From: Laetmonice hystrix
Lineage: Eukaryota
Length of the DNA stretch: 64,000 nt
Direction: 5' to 3'
Assembly (NCBI GenBank): GCA_965235115.1
Contig: OZ249440.1
Coordinates: forward strand, 33,482,001 to 33,546,000
Position numbers and translations under genes: made by a program
Notes under the pieces: model-generated
What the model saw: only the letters and a program-made list of their open reading frames with translations
The model's database searches: none
Told to the model about the DNA's origin: nothing
Shown here: in pieces, positions 11,418 to 24,584 of the stretch
How positions within the stretch are numbered: position 1 is the first letter of the stretch
How the letters are laid out: each line of letters starts with the position of its first letter

Positions 11418-11968
11418 CAGTGGTTCCCAACCGGGGTGCACATATGGAGGCACGCTGCGGGTGCGAGGGACCCAGGGGGGAATTAGGGGTGAATGGCAAA
11501 AACAGGGAGTGAGGGCGACTAAAGGGGGAATGGGGGTCAGTGGGGGATCCAGGATTTTAGTGATGGGGGGGGGGGGGGTACAATATAGGACGCTTTTTTT
11601 TAAGAATTTTGTTGGAATCCTGGTTTCAGGGTCCAAATAATGCATCTTCATAAAAAAAGGGGGGAATTTAAGGGGGGGGGGATTTAAGGGGAGCCTGGGC
11701 CCCCTGGATCCCCTAGTGGGGCACTACATGTTCAAATCAGGGGTACTGATATAATGAAATTGTCAACTTCATAGAAGCAAAAACTGTCAGGTAGACTGTA
11801 GTATGAATATTGGAGTGTAAAATCATTATATCAATCTTCAATAAACATTTTTCACTATCAACACGGAGTGATGAAGTGGAATATAGCCGGCGGGGTGGGG
11901 GGGGGAGTGCACAGGCCGCGACTGGTATAAAAAAGGGTGTTTGGTGGGGAAAAGGTTGGGAACCATTG
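11418..11968. mobile_element. hAT-like MITE containing a nested smaller MITE (~11538-11718)
   Basis: TIR CAGTGGTTCCCAACC / GGTTGGGAACCATTG; no clear TSD; inner CAGTGGGGGATCCAG...CTGGATCCCCTAGTG. Confidence 0.6.
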
Positions 11969-12409
11969 TGGCCCTAGGCCTAGAATATTCCACTTTGGCC
12001 AGCCACCTGGCGGACTGGACTGGTACTACAGTGCAGACGAGGTCGGTGCAGGCCGGAAAAAAATCTTGAAAAAATGAGAAAAATTTTCTTCACCAGTCAT
12101 GTGACCAGTTAAACGTCACAATGTTACTACGTCACAATGCTTCTACATCACAACTGACACACGCGTTGGAACCAAAATTCAAACTGGTGCCTGTAGTAGG
12201 ACATGCCAACTCGGCGAAATGGATGATAACTATAAGTCACACTCAATCTTTCTTCACCACGCAACTAGTGGGCTGGTTGCAGGATGTCAAGAAGGTTGGA
12301 AGATTAGAAGTTTATGAAACATTTGAAAGTAAGTAGCCTACAATATTACTAAAGATATGGACCAAAGATATAGCAAACCGTGATGTCTTCTTCTAGTTCT
12401 AGCTGTGGC

Positions 12410-13280
12410 TCACTTCACCTCCCCCCTGCCCCTCCAGACCCCCTAACTTCACCTCCCACCTGCCCTCTGTCCCTCCAGACCCCCCTAACTTCACCTCCCC
12501 CTGCCCTCTGTCCCTCCAGACCCCCCTAACTTCACCTCCCCCTGCCCTCTGTGCCTCCAGACCCCCCTAACTTCACCTCCCCCTGCCCTCTGTCCCTCCA
12601 CACCCCCTAACTTCACCTCCCACCTACCCTCTGTCCCTCCAGACCCCCCTAACTTCACCTCCCCCTGCCCCTCCACACCCCCTAACTTCACCTCTCACCT
12701 GCCCTCTGTCCCTCAAGACCCCCCTAACTTCACCTCCCACCTGCCTTCTGTCCCTCCAGACGCCCCTAACTTCACCTCTCACCTGCCCTCTGTCCCTCCA
12801 GACCCCCCTAACTTCACCTCCCACCTGCCCTCTGTCCCTTCAGACCCCCCTAACTTCACCTCCCACCTACCCTCTGTCCCTCCAGACCCCCCTAACTTCA
12901 CCTGTCACCTGCCCTCTGTCCCTCCAGACCCCCCTAACTTCACCTCCCACCTGCCCTCTGTCCCTCCAGACCCCCCTAACTTCACCTCTCACCTGCCCTC
13001 TGTCCCTCCAGACCCCCTAACTTCACCCCCCTAACTTCACCTCCCACCTACCCTCTGTCCCTCCACACCCCCTAACTTCCCACCTACCCTCTGTCCCTCC
13101 AGACCCCCTAACTTCACCTCCCACCTACCCTCTGTCCCTCCAGACCCCCCTAACTTCACCTCTCACCTGCCCTCTGTCCCTCCAGACCCCCCTAACTTCA
13201 CCTCCCACCTGCCCTCTGCCCCTCCAGACCCCCCTAACTTCACCTCCCACCTGCCCTCTGTCCCTCCAGACCCCCTCACT
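12410..13280. repeat. Minisatellite, ~41-42 bp unit, about 21 copies, C-rich on + strand
   Basis: Unit AACTTCACCTCCCACCTGCCCTCTGTCCCTCCAGACCCCCCT with short variants. Confidence 0.95.
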
Positions 13281-13576
13281 TTACATGCAGTATTTAGGTC
13301 AACACTAGACTAGAGGGAGATTCCCTTCCACACCCGGAAGTCACGTGATCACGCGTCATCATCGCCCGACCGGGGCCAACTCAAATATCCTGTGGGCCGC
13401 TCGCTAACTCTCAGCTACGTATTTGCGAGAGATTTGGCATATTTTCCTTACTAAATACTGGTCGCTGGGCCATAAGTCTCACATGATGTTACTGGGAGTC
13501 CAAGGTATGCGAATCATATGTTTCTAAGACTGCCATAAATCGAAAAAATGAATTTTACGGCTCCCTTTAAGCCTGT

Positions 13577-13683
13577 TGTCACTTCGTTATAGCCGTGAAA
13601 TTTGTCACTTTGGGGCAGGAATCGCCTTCATTATATGCGTAATTTCGCTATAGCCGTGTTCGTTATAACCGGACTCCACTGTA
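13577..13683. mobile_element. One end of a Tc1/mariner-pogo-type MITE
   Basis: TTCGTTATAACCGGACTCCACTG-TA terminus with repeated TTCG(T/C)TATAGCCG; the other end was not found. Confidence 0.45.
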
Positions 13684-13812
13684 ACAGGGAATTTCAGTAA
13701 AATTTGGAATGTCTTGACATTCATCGTTATATGCAATCTGGAATCCTAAGTGTACAATGAATGAACTTTACCAATTTCAGTGGATATACTGACAACATTA
13801 GGTTCATAACTA

Positions 13813-14432
13813 ACCTTTGCTTAGGTGGTTTTCTAAAGTAGGCTTTGGCATTCCAAGGGAACAAGGTTGGTCCATTCGCCTTGGAACCATTTGCAAAGTG
13901 GCAGCTGCATATTCGGTCACTGACCAAATTGAGCCTTCTGTCTTTTCTTCTGAAAATTTCAGGCCAAAAAAAGGTAATAAAAGTCAACTTTTAAACCAGT
14001 AAATAATGCACTAGGCCACCAATATCATTACATGTATCACCCCTAGTTGTAGTAGAGTCTTGACTTGAGATAATGTAGTCCAGGAACCTAGACCCTGTTA
14101 ATTTGTTATCAGTTGTGGCCCGAACGTTGAAGTAGAGTAGACAATACATTTTAGTTTCTCTGCAAAATTTAATTAGCCCTCATCAATTTTTCAGACAACA
14201 TAGCAATTGAAAACTATTTATGACAGATACTCATACTGACTGGGATAGTCGAACGTAATGTGCAATCAAAATAATTACACCACAGATAGGGCTAGACCGT
14301 ACAGTTGACTGAGTAGTAACTAGTACGTAGGCTATAATATTAGTTTACCTGCACAACCTTTCCCACTGGGAAGTTTGCTTTCTTGGAAAACGAAATTGAC
14401 TGCACAGGTCTCGGAGACCCTGATGGTTGCCA
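13813..14432 (-). pseudogene. THAP zinc-finger exons, probably the N-terminus of the ISL2EU-like transposase at 8152-9081
   Basis: Exon ~14432-14349 (CSQFRFPRKQTSQWERLCR, GT donor) splices to exon ~13950-13813 (RKDRRLNLVSDRICSCHF...GPTLFPWN), a THAP consensus. Confidence 0.7.
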
Positions 14433-14504
14433 TTTTGTCTGACCACGGGTGCACCCACACGTGTACGTCAGACTATTGCGGAGTTATAGCCTTTGGTCAG
14501 GCTT

Positions 14505-16500
14505 GGGTTTACCAAAAGTTTAGTTAAAAGAGCGAAGGCTACATATATTCAAGAGCAGGCGGATCAAGCTAAAAATAATCCAAAAAAGTTTTGGAGAAAC
14601 ATAGGAGAAGTTCTGCCTAATGGCAAAAAGTCGGATATATCAGTGAAGCTTGTTGATCATGATACTAAGCTACCTGTACCGGAGGATGAAACCGCTGGTT
14701 TCATAAATAACTTTTTTGTGGAACTAGGACCTAACCTAGCTAAAGCACATAATGAACCCTGGAACTTTAGAGGAACTGTTAGTGATGTATCTTTAAACCA
14801 GTTAGTGAGGAAGAAGTGGTGAAACTGTGTAAATCAGTGGATATCACTAAATCATCAGCGATAGATAACATATCGAGTAGAATTTTGAAAGATGCATTCA
14901 TAGCGCTTAGTGATAAACTTACGCACCTGTTTAATTTATCATTAAATAGCGGTACTTTCCCGGACGCCTGGAAATTGGCTACGGTCGTTCCACTACAGAA
15001 AGAAGGAGTTAAATCGGATGTTAACAACCGTAGGCCAGTGTCACTCCTCCCATTGCCAGGTAAACTACGAGAAAAATTAGTCCATCATCAGATGATGCAC
15101 TTTCTTGAAATTAATAATCTTCTAACGCGTAATCAAGGCGGTTTTAGGCCCGGCATGTCCACTATAGATATAATAGCCAAAATGACAGACCTGATTTACA
15201 AAGCAATGAACAGCAAGGAAACCACAATCGTAGCATTTGTAGATTTTAAAAAGGCATTTGATACAGTGGATCATAAAATATTAATCGATAAACTTTGTTA
15301 TATAGGTATAAGAAATAGGTTTGATACAGTGGATCATAAAATATTAATCGATAAACTTTGTTATATAGGTATAAGAAATAGGTTATTAGCGTGGATAGTA
15401 AACTATTTATCTAATAGAAAACAAGCTACCTTAGTTAATAACGTTAAATCAGACTACCTAGCTATAAAGTGTGGTGTTCCACAAGGCTCGACCCTGGGCC
15501 TACTGTTCTACCTCATTTATGTCAATGACATCATAAATGCAGTAGACAACTCTGGCACGCTCCTATTTGCCGATGACACTGCTTTACAATCATCGAACAT
15601 CTCCCCAATCATAGCACGAACTAACATGGAACAGCAGCTGACGCGTCTTGCCTTGTGGTGCAAACAAAATATACTTACAATTAACCTGAAAAAAACTAAA
15701 TGTATGATCTTTGGCACGAGGGCAAACACTAAATGCTGTAAATTGGCTAAGATTTGTATCAATAATCAGCCCATTGACTATGTCGACTCATATAAATACT
15801 TGGGGGTAACATGGGGTAACATTAGACAAGTCCTTAACTTTTATCAAACACATGCAATCATGTATAAATAGTGTAGCTAATAAAATGTTTGTTTTGAGTA
15901 AAATTAGACCGTACATAACGGATACACAAGCTATCACTATTTATAAAACTATGATTGTACCGTACTTGGACTACGGAGATATAATGTATATGAAGGCAGC
16001 AAGTAATTTACTAAACAAAATCCAGACTACAAAATAAGTGTCTAAGAATCTGTCTCCGAGTTCATCCTCAAACCTCAGTGGATACAATCCATCAACAAAC
16101 ACGAATAGCGAAACTAGAAGATAGGCGAATAGCACATTTACGAAATTTTATGTTTAGGTACAGGGAAGACGCAAACAGGGTCGACAACCGTGAAATAGCA
16201 ACCAGGCAACATAACAGTATTACTTTTAGAATACAACAGCAAAGAATTGAATCCTGTAAACGAAATGTTTTCTACCACGGGGCCATTGAGTGGAATCTAC
16301 TACCACCTAACATAAGGGCCATAAACTCCCTCGTCTCTTTCAAACAGATTCAGAAACAAACAGATTCAGAAACAATAGATGCTATCAAGGATCGATATTA
16401 TATAATGTTGATTAATATCATTTATACCTTCCCAACAGTAGTCTAAGACAGATTTGAAGGATGTTCACATGAAATTTGTTCTATTTGTATTTATATGTAT
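14505..16500 (+). mobile_element. CR1/L2-group (Crack-like) LINE ORF2 remnant, frameshifted
   Basis: NPKKFW, RPVSLLPLPGK, DFKKAFDTV, GVPQGSTLG, LFADD and YKYLG; 63-bp internal duplication at 15257-15382. Confidence 0.88.
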
Positions 16501-17781
16501 TTATATGGATATTGAAATACACAGTTAATGCTCTACAGAGACTTAGCAAATAGCGGTCGAGAGTAATCTGTATCTACTAACTTGTCCTCCTCTATGGAGG
16601 TATGTATCACTTTAATGCCATGTTGATTGTTCACTAACTCAATGTTATACCTGACTATGTGAAAACCTGTACCTAAGAGAACCTGGTGATGGATTAAAAC
16701 CGTCTTATTGGACGACGATCGCCAGGATAAGTAAAGAACTGAAAAACTAGGTCCAAATTTGCACTCTTTGGAACCCCCTCGAGCTTGGAAAACCCACCGC
16801 CACTGCAAAATAGTCTTTAGTTAGAACTAGGCCTACTCACCACACTGCACAGTGCAGAGAAATGTTTCCGCTATCACTATCAGGGGTCTACCGGCCCAGT
16901 GCGGATGGGGCCGTCACATGGACTATGAAGACGTATGACGTTTTGACTGGTTCCCTGCCTCTCTGACTCATTGAGAGGCCGACAGGGAACCAGTCAGTGA
17001 TGCTACACTTCAACCCGTGCAGAAAAAAAAATTAAAAATTAAAAATTAAAAAAAAAATCGGCTCCGCTGCAGTTGGCCGTCATCGGGAACTAAACACACT
17101 GTCTCGATTTTGCCAATGTGACAAAGTACGACAAAAAATATATAATAATAAATAATTTTTTTTAAGTGGGATCACAAAACAAGCACAACAAAACCCAACT
17201 AGCTGAAACACTGCTGGTTTGCAGTGCTTATAATACGAGGGCACTAGGGCCTATATTCTGTTTAAGTTTTACTATTTGTTTCTTTATGTTTTAAAATCAG
17301 GCCTACCCCCCCACCCCCCCCCCCCCCCCGGTATGTTCCAAATATATGTTATAGAGCAGCTTTGTTCTCCCTTAGTTCCAACTTCTTCTAATTGTGCAGA
17401 TGAGCCGAAACCCTAACTGGAATGAGCAGGAGGTGGAGGTGTTGGTGCAGGAGGTGGAGAGGCGGAGGGCCATTATCCAAGGCCGGTTGGATCAGGGGTA
17501 AATTTCCTCCTGTAATGTATCCCTATGATTAGGCCTTTAAAAATGCGGTTTCATTATATTCACAAAAGTACGCAAACCAGTGTTTTCGAGACAGGCCATA
17601 TCAGAGTGAGTGAGTAGTGGTGGTTTTCCGCCGTGCCGGCATCTGGGGCCATCTTCACGGCGAAAACAGGGTTAAAAAGACCATGAAATGAAAGGAACCT
17701 ATTTTATCCCGGGCCCCAACGGGAATATCATTAAAACACACTCCATCCTGTCAGCCCAACCGGGCCATCGAGGAGCCTGAA

Positions 17782-20722
17782 CTATAAAAGAGTCAGAAGT
17801 CCAGCTTCTGACAAAAACTCTAAAATAACTCCTGGTCTGACATTGTTAAAAAGATCCTTAAGACTTGTCTCACTATAAAACCGTTGTCTGATCAGAGTAA
17901 AATCACCACACTCAAGTAAAAGATGCTTCAGTGTCAAAGGACACTGACAGCCATGACACTCTGGAGGTGGCTCCCCCTTGAATAAAAACACGTGGGTTAA
18001 TCTAGAATGTCCAATCCTGCATCGAGTATAAACAATTTCATGCCTACGTTGGGTTAGGCCGTGAAGACACCTTTGGTTCACGACAGGACTGATCTGGTAC
18101 AATTTATTGTTTGGTTCTTCATCCCATTCAGCCTGCCATTTGTTCTTAATGTAAGCCCAGATGGTAGGTCTGAGGTCAGAGGCTGGGATTGGACACAGTT
18201 CGACGTCTGTTTCAAGAGCCCTCTTGGCAGTTCTGTCAGCTTGCTCATTGCCTGGGATACCAACATGCCCAGGCACCCAGCAAAAGTGAATATCAAAGTT
18301 TGCATTGGCAAGCACTGCCAACTTGGACAAGATTTGAACGATCACCGGGTGATCTGTGTTCAAGTTAGCAAGTGCTTGCAGACAGGATAAGGAATCCGAG
18401 AAAATAAGGAAATCCTTTTCACTAGAAACTTCAATATTTTCAAGGGCAAGAAGCAGGGCCCGGGCCTCTGCTGAGAAGATGGAACTTTGCCCTGAGATGC
18501 GGGTGCCGAAGTTGTGCTTGCCATGAACTGCAGCCGCAGACACATCACTGCCATCCTTTGAGCCATCAGTATAGAAGGCATAATGTGAGGGATACCTTGC
18601 CTGGACGTCAAGAAAATGTTCAAAATATGTCAGGGGATGAGTCTCTGACTTCTTCAGTTGAGCCAACTGAAGAATGACGTCAGGCTTTTCCAGGTCCCAA
18701 GGAGGAATGTTGCAAAAATGTGTCTGCCCCAGGACGTTCAGATCAATATCCAGTTCCTCTAGATGAGGTTTCACTCTCAGTCCAAAAGGACGTATGTACG
18801 TTTCCTTTCTTTCATATAAATGTTGGAACTGAGGGTGAAAAAGGCAATTGTAAGCTGGATTTGAACTGTTTGTCCTGAGCTTGACTGCATACTGCAGAGC
18901 CAGCTTCAGACGCCTGTTGTCAAGCGATGGCTCTCGGGCCTCCAGATAGAGGCTCTGAACAGGGGACGTTCTAAAAGCCCCAAGTGAAAGCCGCAAACCC
19001 TGGTGGTGAACTGTGTCCAAAAGCCGAATGTAAGACTTACAAGCAGAACCATAAACTATGCTACCGTAATCGAGTTTCGAACGGATTAAAGCTCTGTACA
19101 GTTGTAAAAGGACTGTACTGTCTGCCCCCCAGTTTGTGCCAGATAAAACCTTGAGAACATCCAGAGCCTTAAGGCATCTGGATTTTAGTGATTTAATGTG
19201 AGGAATAAAAGACAGCTTGCTGTCAAAAGTGAGACCCAGAAACTTTGTCTCTTTAACAACCTTGATAGGATCTCCATCCATTGTCAACTCAGGGTCAAGG
19301 TGGAAAGCACGCAGTTTGCAGAAATGCATGCAGACCGTTTTAGATTTTGAAAATTTAAAACCATTTTCCACTGACCAAGTGTGGATTCTGTTGAGACAGA
19401 GTTGGAGCTGCCTCTCAATGGCATTCATGTTTTTGCCTCTGCAGCAGACGTCGAAGTCATCGACGAACAGGCTGCAGGGCATGCCAGTTTTAACCGAGTT
19501 AACAATGCGGTTGATCTTAATACTAAAAAGGGTAACGGACAAAATGCTTCCCTGAGGCACACCTAATTCTTGGTCGTGCAAGTCAGACAGGGTCGTGCCT
19601 ACTCTGACTTGAAAATGTCTGTTGGATAAAAACTGAGATATGAAAAGGGGCAAACGCCCCCTAAAACCCATATCATGTAAATCTTTTAAAATGCCATACT
19701 TCCATGTCGTGTCGTATGCCTTTTCAAGGTCGAAAAAGACGGCAACAACATGTTCGCGGTTGATAAAAGCATCTCGGATGTATGTCTCGAGTCTGATTAG
19801 ATGATCGAGAGTACTTCTCCCTCGCCGGAAGCCACACTGAAACTCGGTGATGAGCTGCTCAGACTCCAGCTTCCAGACGAGGCGATCATTAATCATTCTC
19901 TCCATGGTTTTGCACAAGCAACTTGTTAAGGCTATTGGTCTGTAATTGTTAGCTTCACTATGGTCTTTTCCTGGTTTGGGGATGGGGATGATTATTGCTT
20001 CTTGCCAGGAAGGGGGTATATTACCAGTTATCCAGATATTGTTGAAAATGTGAAGAAGGATGAGGAGGGTGGTGTCGGGTAGATGTTTTAAGAATTGGTA
20101 ATGTATTTTGTCAGGTCCAACTGCAGTGTCGTGTGATTTTCTAAGAGAGCATTTGAGTTCTTCAATAGAGAAGAGTTGGTTGTACTCTTCTCTGTTGTCA
20201 GAATGAAAGTTTAGTTTTTGTTTCTCTTTTTGAGCACGAATGGCTTGGAATTGAGGGAGGCAGTTTCTGGAGGAGGAGTTTGTTTGAAAGGTTTTGGCCA
20301 GTTTATTCGCTATTTCATCTGTGGTGGTTAGTAGGGTGTCTTGATGTTTTAAGTGTTGGACTCCAGAACCACCCCCCTTGCCTTTAAGTTTCCGTATCAT
20401 ACTCCAGACTTTTTTGATAGGAGTACGAGAGGTCAGGCTGGAGACGTAGTCTCTCCAGCTCTGCCTCCGTCTCTCTTTGCAGATACGGCGTGCCCTTGCT
20501 CTCATAATTTTAAAATTGTTAAGGTTCACTGCAGTTGGATGCCTGTTAAAAAGGCGTTCTGCTTTCTTCCGGTCTTTAATTGCCTGCTTGCAGTCTTCAT
20601 TAAACCATGGATTTGAGACATGTTTAGGAATTGTTGAGGTTTTAGGAACTGTCCTGTCTGCAATGGAGATTAAAAGCGAGGTAAAATCATCCATTGCTTC
20701 AGGATCGTTAATGGTGTCTGCT
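17782..20722 (-). CDS. I-clade ORF2, 5'-truncated but open: RT, RNase H and CCHC (no endonuclease)
   Basis: Uninterrupted frame with YRPIALTS, QCGFR, DLEKAYD, GVPQGS, FVDD, KFLG, YTDGSK and WVPGHVGIPGNE. Confidence 0.9.
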
Positions 20723-20877
20723 GTGAGTGTGTGTGTGTGTGTAGTGGTGATTTTCCGCCGTGTCGGCATCCGGGGCCATATTCACGGCGAAAACAGGGTT
20801 AAAAGACCATGAAATGAAAGGAACCTATTTTATCCCGGGCCCCAACGGGAATATCCTTAGCTATCATCGAGCATGAA

Positions 20878-23800
20878 CTATAAAAGAGTCAGAAGTCTGG
20901 CCTCTGACAAAAACTCTAAAATCACTCCTGGTCTAACATTGCTAAAAAGGTCCTTAAGACTTGTCTCATTATAAAACCGTTGTCTGATCAGAGTAAAATC
21001 ACCACACTCAAGTAAAAGATGCTTCAGTGTCAAAGGACACTGACAGCCATAACACTCTGGAGGCGGCTCCCCCTTCAATAAAAACACATGAGTTAATCTA
21101 GAATGACCAACTCTGCATCGAGTAAAAACAATTTCATGCCTACGTTGGCTTAGGCCGTGACGGTACCTTTGGTTCACGATGGGACTGATCTGATACAAGT
21201 TATTGTTTGGTTGTTCATCCCATTCAGCCTGCCATTTGTTCCTAACGTAAGCCCAGATGGTAGGTCTGAGATCAGAGGCAGGGATTGGACACAGTTCGAC
21301 GTCTGTTTCAAGAGCCCTCTTGGCAGTTCTGTCAGCTTGCTCATTGCCCGGGATGCCAACATGACCAGGCACCCAGCAAAAGTGAATATCAAAGTTTGCA
21401 TTGGCAAGCACTGCCAACTTGGACAAGATTTGAACGATCACTGGGTGATCTGTGTTCAAGTTAGCAAGTGCTTGCAGACCGGATAAGGAATCCGAGAAAA
21501 TGAGAAAACCCTTTTCACTAGAAACTTCAATATTTTCAAGGGCAAGAAGCAGGGCCCGGGCCTCTGCTGAGAAGATGGAACTTTGCCCCGAGATGCGGGT
21601 GCCGAAGTTGTGCTTGCCATGAACTGCAGCCGCAGACACATCACTGCCATCCTTTGAGCCATCTGTATAGAAGGCATAATGTGAGGGATACCTTGCCTGG
21701 ACGTCAAGAAAATGTTCAAAATATGTCAGGGGATGAGTCTCTGACTTTTTCAGTTGAGCCAACTGAAAAATGACGTCAAGCTTTTTCAGGTCCCAAGGAG
21801 GAATGTTGCAAAAATGTGTCTGCCCCAGGACGTGCAGATCAACATCCAGTTCCTCTAGATGAGGTTTCACCCTCAGTCCAAAAGGACGTATGTATGTTTC
21901 CTTTCTTTCATATAAATGTTGGAACTGAGGGTGAAAAACGCAATTGTAAGCTGGATTTGAACTGTTTGTCCTGAGCTTGACTGCATACTGCAGAGCCAGC
22001 TTCATACGCCTGTTGTAAAGCGAGGGCTCTCTGGCCTCCACATAGAGGCTCTGAACAGGAGACGTTCTAAAAGCCCCAAGTGAAAGCCGCAAACCCTGGT
22101 GGTGAACCGTGTCCAAAAGCCGTATGTAAGACTTACAAGCAGAGCCGTAAACTATGCTGCCGTAATCGAGCTTCGACCGGATTAAAGCTCTGTACAGTTG
22201 TAAAAGGACTGTACTGTCTGCCCCCCAGTTTGTGCCAGATAAAACCTTGAGAACATCCAGAGCCTTAAGGCATCTGGATTTGAGCGATTTAATGTGAGGA
22301 ATAAAAGACAGCTTGCTGTCAAAAGTGAGACCTAGAAACTTTGTCTCTTTAACAACTTTGACAGGATCTCCATCCATTGTCAACTCGGGGTCAAGATGGA
22401 AGGCACGCAGCTTGCAAAAGTGCATGCAGACCGTTTTAGATTTGGAAAACTTAAAACCATTTTCCACTGACCAAGTATGGATTCTATTAAGACAGAGTTG
22501 GAGTTGTCTTTCAATGGCATTCATGTTTTTGCCTCTGCAGCAGACGTTAAAGTCATCAACAAACAGGCTGCAGGGCATGCCAGTTTTAACCGAGTTAACA
22601 ATGCTGTTGATCTTAAGACTAAAAAGGGTAACAGACAAAATGCTTCCCTGAGTCACACCTAATTCTTGGTCATGCAAGTCAGAGAGGGTAGTGCCTACTC
22701 TGACTTGAAAGTGTCTGTTCGATAAAAACTGAGATATGAAAATGGGCAAACGCCCCCTAAAACCCATATCATGCAAATCTTTTAAAATGCCGTACTTCCA
22801 TGTTGTGTCGTATGCCTTTTCTAGGTCAAAAAAGACGTCAACACCATGTTCACGGTTGATAAAAGCATCTCGGATGTATGTCTCGAGTCTAATGAGATGA
22901 TCAAGAGTACTTCTCCCTCGCCGGAAGCCGCACTGAAACTCAGTGATGAGTTGCTCAGACTCCAGCTTCCAGACGAGGCGATCATTAATCATTCTCTCCA
23001 TGGTTTTACACAAGCAACTTGTTAGGGCTATTGGTCTGTAATTGTTAGGGCTATTGGTCTGTAATTGTTAGCTTCACTATGGTCTTTTCCTGGTTTTGGG
23101 ATGGGAATGATTATTGCTTCTTGCCAGGAAAGTGGAATATTACCAGTTATCCAAATATTGTTGAAAATGTGGAGAAGTATGAGAAGGGTGGTATCAGGTA
23201 AATGTTTTAAAAATTGGTAATGTATTTTGTCAGGTCCAACTGCAGTGTCGTGTGATTTTTTAAGAGAGCATTTGAGTTCTTCAATAGAGAAGAGTTGGTT
23301 ATACTCTTCTCTGTTGTCCGAGTTGAAGTTTAGTTTCTGTTTCTCTTTGCGAGCACGAATGGCTTGGAATTCAGGGAGGCAGTTCCTGGAGGAGGAGTTT
23401 GTTTGAAAGGTATCAGCCAGTTTGTTTGCTATTGCATCTGTGGTGGTTAGTAAGGTGTCTTCATGTTTTAAGTGTTGGACTCCAGTACCACCTCCCTTGC
23501 CTTTAAGTTTCCGTATCATCTTCCAGACTTTTTTGATGGGAGTACGAGAGGTCAGGCTGGAGACGTAGTCTCTCCAGCTCTGCCTCCGTCTCTCTTTACA
23601 GATACGGCGTGCCCTTGCTCTCATGATTTTAAAGTTAGTAAGGTTAGCTGCAGTTGGATGCCTGTTGAAAAGGCGTTCTGCCTTTTTCCGGTCTTTAATC
23701 GCTTGCTTGCATTCATCATCAAACCATGGATTTGAGACATGTTTAGGAGTTGTCGAGGTTTTAGGAATTGTCTTGTCTGCAATGGAGATCAAAAGTGAGG

Positions 23801-24584
23801 TAAAATGCTCCATTGCATCCGGATCGTTAATGTTGTCTGCTGTGAATTCCTCCCGACAGAGGGTCTGGAAGGAGTGCCAGTCGGCTTTTTTAAGCTGCCA
23901 CCTTTGTTGTTTTCGCCCCATGTCAGGCCCTTCATATGCAAGTATGGTGGGAAAGTGGTCACTCCCGCAAAGGTCGTCCCAGACCCTCCAGGAGAAATCC
24001 AGCAGCAGATCTGGTTCAGCTATTGCAAGGTCAATGGCTGTATAAGTGCCATGACCGGGATGTAAGTATGTGTTTGAACCATCATTAAAAATGCACAGAG
24101 CATGATTGTCAATGAACTCTTCAATCCTCTTGCCCTTACCATCAGTTGTGGTGCCACCCCATAAGGGATTGTGGCCGTTAAAGTCTCCCAAAAGGAAATA
24201 TGGGGATGGTAGTTGACCCACTAGATCATCAAGATCCTGGTGGGCCAAGTTACTGTTTGGAGGAATGTATATGGAGCAGATAGTGATGGCTTTATGCAGA
24301 GTTAGGCGTATGGCTATTGCTTGTAATGGTGTGTCTATTGTAACAGGGCTATGGATTAGGTCTTGTCGATCCAGAATGGCAGTGCCGCCAGCAGCACGGT
24401 CACCATCTGGTGCAAAACCAAAGAAAGACTGATAGCCCTTAAATGAGACCTTGTCTCGGGCAGTAAGAAATGTTTCTTGTAGGCAAAGGGCAAGAGGGTT
24501 GAGGGTTTCTGCTAAAAGTCTGAGTTCATTAAAATTGGCTCTAAAACCTCGACAATTCCACTGGAGGAAGCACTTGCCTGCCAT
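20878..24584 (-). pseudogene. I-clade ORF2 (APE-RT-RNase H), broken by a single 23-bp tandem duplication
   Basis: ORFs 23028..24587 and 20878..23013 join if one TTGTTAGGGCTATTGGTCTGTAA unit (23019-23041/23042-23064) is removed. Confidence 0.93.

Noticed and set aside
12410..13280. CRISPR-like array
   Set aside because: The units are contiguous with no unique spacers, the context is eukaryotic and there are no cas genes; it is a minisatellite.
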